IMG/VR virus record: IMGVR_UViG_3300025286_000125
Location: 1 to 25,727 of that record
Origin: a virus
Lineage: Duplodnaviria > Caudoviricetes
Reading direction: 5' to 3' (one strand)
Length of the DNA: 25,727 bases
Each line of letters starts with the position of its first letter. The first letter of the stretch is position 1. Below are positions 25,283 to 25,727 of this stretch, piece after piece. The notes under the pieces were generated by a model. It had not been told where the DNA came from, did no database searches, and saw only the letters and a list, made by a program, of their open reading frames with translations. A program made the translations under genes and the position numbers.

Positions 25283-25596
25283 GATTTAGATCTCCAGTAT
25301 CCATCTCTTGAACCTTTAATTTCTTTTCTAGAATAATGTATATCAGTTTGCTCTTGCATATCATCAGCAGCTTCCTGTAAAGTATCATAAGGAGCTTCTT
25401 CTAAGTAATCAGAATTGAATTCATCAGCTGTAGTGGGTTCAGATGGATAGTACTCTTCACAAAAATCTTTACATACTTTATCTGCTACATCTTTTTTAAA
25501 TACTTTTGTTATAAATATTGGATATGAATAGTTACCTAATGCATCTACAACAATTGTATGAAGATTTCTTTTTGGCTTTTTATCCTGTTTTTTCAT
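25279..25596 (-). CDS. Hypothetical protein (105 aa)
   Basis: Purine-rich SD-like AAGGGAAGG upstream; overlapping neighbours. Confidence 0.75.
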   Translation of the reverse strand: MKKQDKKPKRNLHTIVVDALGNYSYPIFITKVFKKDVADKVCKDFCEEYYPSEPTTADEFNSDYLEEAPYDTLQEAADDMQEQTDIHYSRKEIKGSRDGYWRSKS

Positions 25597-25726
25597 TCCT
25601 TCCCTTCCTGTTCATTACTAGTCCAATATATCCTATCAAATCTAAAGAGATTCGCTTTATGTTATTGTTTTTACAGCTTAAAGCCCATCTCTCTACCATT
25701 CTGCTTACTTCACTATCAAGAAAATC
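25580..25726 (-). CDS. Partial CDS (C-terminal 48 aa), possible histone-fold protein
   Basis: Frame open to the window edge: DFLDSEVSRMVERWALSCKNNNIKRISLDLIGYIGLVMNRKGRNEKTG. Confidence 0.5.
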   Translation of the reverse strand, partial: DFLDSEVSRMVERWALSCKNNNIKRISLDLIGYIGLVMNRKGRNEKTG

Positions 25727-25727
25727 A

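Noticed and set aside
1-25727. Stop-codon reassignment as in some crAss-like phages
   Set aside because: Standard code gives dense, long ORFs; TAG ends genes at 3064 and 4098 and TGA at 25279.

Overview
This is a fragment of an AT-rich tailed phage genome with podovirus-like architecture, translated in the standard code. From 1 to 23660 a + strand morphogenesis unit encodes a 5'-truncated tail fibre with an S74-type chaperone, two small proteins, a lysis cassette (four small membrane proteins and a GH108 endolysin), a tail nozzle-like protein, a C1q-like fibre protein and a cluster of probable ejection (internal virion) proteins. The 2939-aa protein in that cluster carries an ordered set of two-barrel RNA polymerase motifs (KP, K-S, FxSGxK, RQP, and an unusual DHDFD catalytic loop), suggesting a crAss-type virion RNA polymerase. 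Strong Shine-Dalgarno use suggests a non-Bacteroidota host. The 2939-aa and 944-aa proteins each have one Cys, at their facing termini. A hairpin near 23660 separates this unit from a convergent - strand block of small genes: an Hjc-type resolvase, an AbrB-like protein, hypotheticals and a partial possible histone-fold protein. All family assignments come from motif reading by eye; no searches were run.
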